Shown here: piece after piece, positions 63,425 to 64,000 of the stretch | How the letters are laid out: the number at the start of each line of letters is the position of its first letter | Numbering within the stretch: the stretch's first letter is position 1 | From: a virus | IMG/VR virus record: IMGVR_UViG_3300044568_003751 | Location: 1-64,000 of that record | Length of the DNA: 64,000 bases | Strand: one strand, 5' to 3' | The notes under the pieces: model-generated | What the model saw: the letters and a program-made list of their open reading frames with translations, nothing else | The model's database searches: none | What the model was told of the DNA's origin: nothing | Program-made: the position numbers and the translations under genes

Positions 63425-63589
63425 CAAAAAAGAAAACCCTCCGAAGTGGAGGGTCTTTGTAAGTAGTACTTTCGTATTACAGGCAAAGTCCCCAATGGCA
63501 ATCCCACTCATGTTCTGAGCGAAGGGTTGTGATGATTGCAGTTGTTTGGTTCATAAGTGTATTATATATGACAAGTGATTGAAAGTCAA
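63425..63589 (-). promoter_or_regulatory. Putative attenuator 2: promoter, leaderless 25-aa leader ORF (63477-63554), antiterminator, terminator
   Basis: TTGACT-17-TATAAT. GGGGACTTTG near the ORF end pairs with CAAAGACCCT. Terminator ACCCTCC/GGAGGGT plus T tract. Confidence 0.6.
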
Positions 63590-63640
63590 GGCTTTTTGGC
63601 TCGATTGCAAGCAGGATCTCAACAAACTGTGTTACTTTGC

Positions 63641-64000
63641 TCATTTCTTAGTCAATAGTTTTACTGCCTGTTGATACTCACGCTCAATATCACGTGCAAA
63701 CTCATCGGGTGTTTGTTTTCGGGGAACTCCAGCATGTACCACAGTAACAATTTGTTTTTGCACTTCTTCGTTGGCTCTAGCACTTTCTAGCACATTGTAC
63801 AAGCGATCACGTGTGTCTTTGGGGGTGCCCGGTGGCGCCCAGAACCCAGTCCAGCCTTCTTGGCTGATATTGTACCCAAGTTCCACAAGACTTTTTATAC
63901 CATTACGTCCCTTTGGGGTTAGTACTGCCAGGCCGTTTAGTTCTCCAGTGGCAACTCGATCCTCCAACAAGAAAGTAACAGTGGTAACTTCGATACTCTT
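63641..64000 (-). CDS. Tripartite tricarboxylate transporter substrate-binding protein (Bug/TctC), C-terminal part
   Basis: G.L..LAV....R......L.ELGY...W.G.WAP.GTP...TPDEFA..I..E pattern. Runs off the window edge. Confidence 0.75.
   Translation of the reverse strand, partial: KSIEVTTVTFLLEDRVATGELNGLAVLTPKGRNGIKSLVELGYNISQEGWTGFWAPPGTPKDTRDRLYNVLESARANEEVQKQIVTVVHAGVPRKQTPDEFARDIEREYQQAVKLLTKK

Noticed and set aside
1-64000. CRISPR array
   Set aside because: No repeat-spacer periodicity seen. The only tandem repeats are coding (fibre gene).
1-64000. Stop-codon reassignment
   Set aside because: Genes are full length and tightly packed under the standard code, TAA, TAG and TGA all end genes, and no suppressor (CTA/TTA/TCA) tRNA was found.

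Overview
A 64-kb segment of a large, probably lytic, tailed dsDNA phage. It has T4-type TAAATA late promoters and sigma70-type early promoters. The TctC/Bug, RpoZ and rubrerythrin genes suggest a proteobacterial, likely betaproteobacterial, host. Layout: (1) 1-16.7 kb, + strand virion genes: a 5'-truncated >4270-aa modular protein and a repeat-containing fibre. (2) 16.8-40.8 kb, a dense biosynthetic/modification locus with five SPASM/twitch radical SAM enzymes, several glycosyltransferase-like families, two NDP-sugar epimerases, and DegT aminotransferase, carbamoyltransferase, amidinotransferase and methyltransferase genes. (3) 40.8-55.9 kb, - strand early/accessory genes (thyX, MoxR AAA + VWA/HExxH, rpoZ, rubrerythrin + rubredoxin) interspersed with AT-rich enzyme cassettes. 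(4) 55.9-63.6 kb, a - strand array of about 26 intact tRNAs covering all 20 amino acids. The array also holds several non-tRNA structured RNA candidates, a TauD cassette flanked by a duplicated tRNA-Gly 3' end, and two leaderless leader-peptide/antiterminator/terminator modules that look like translation-sensing attenuators of tRNA transcription. All calls come from reading motifs and base pairing by eye. No database searches or folding programs were run.
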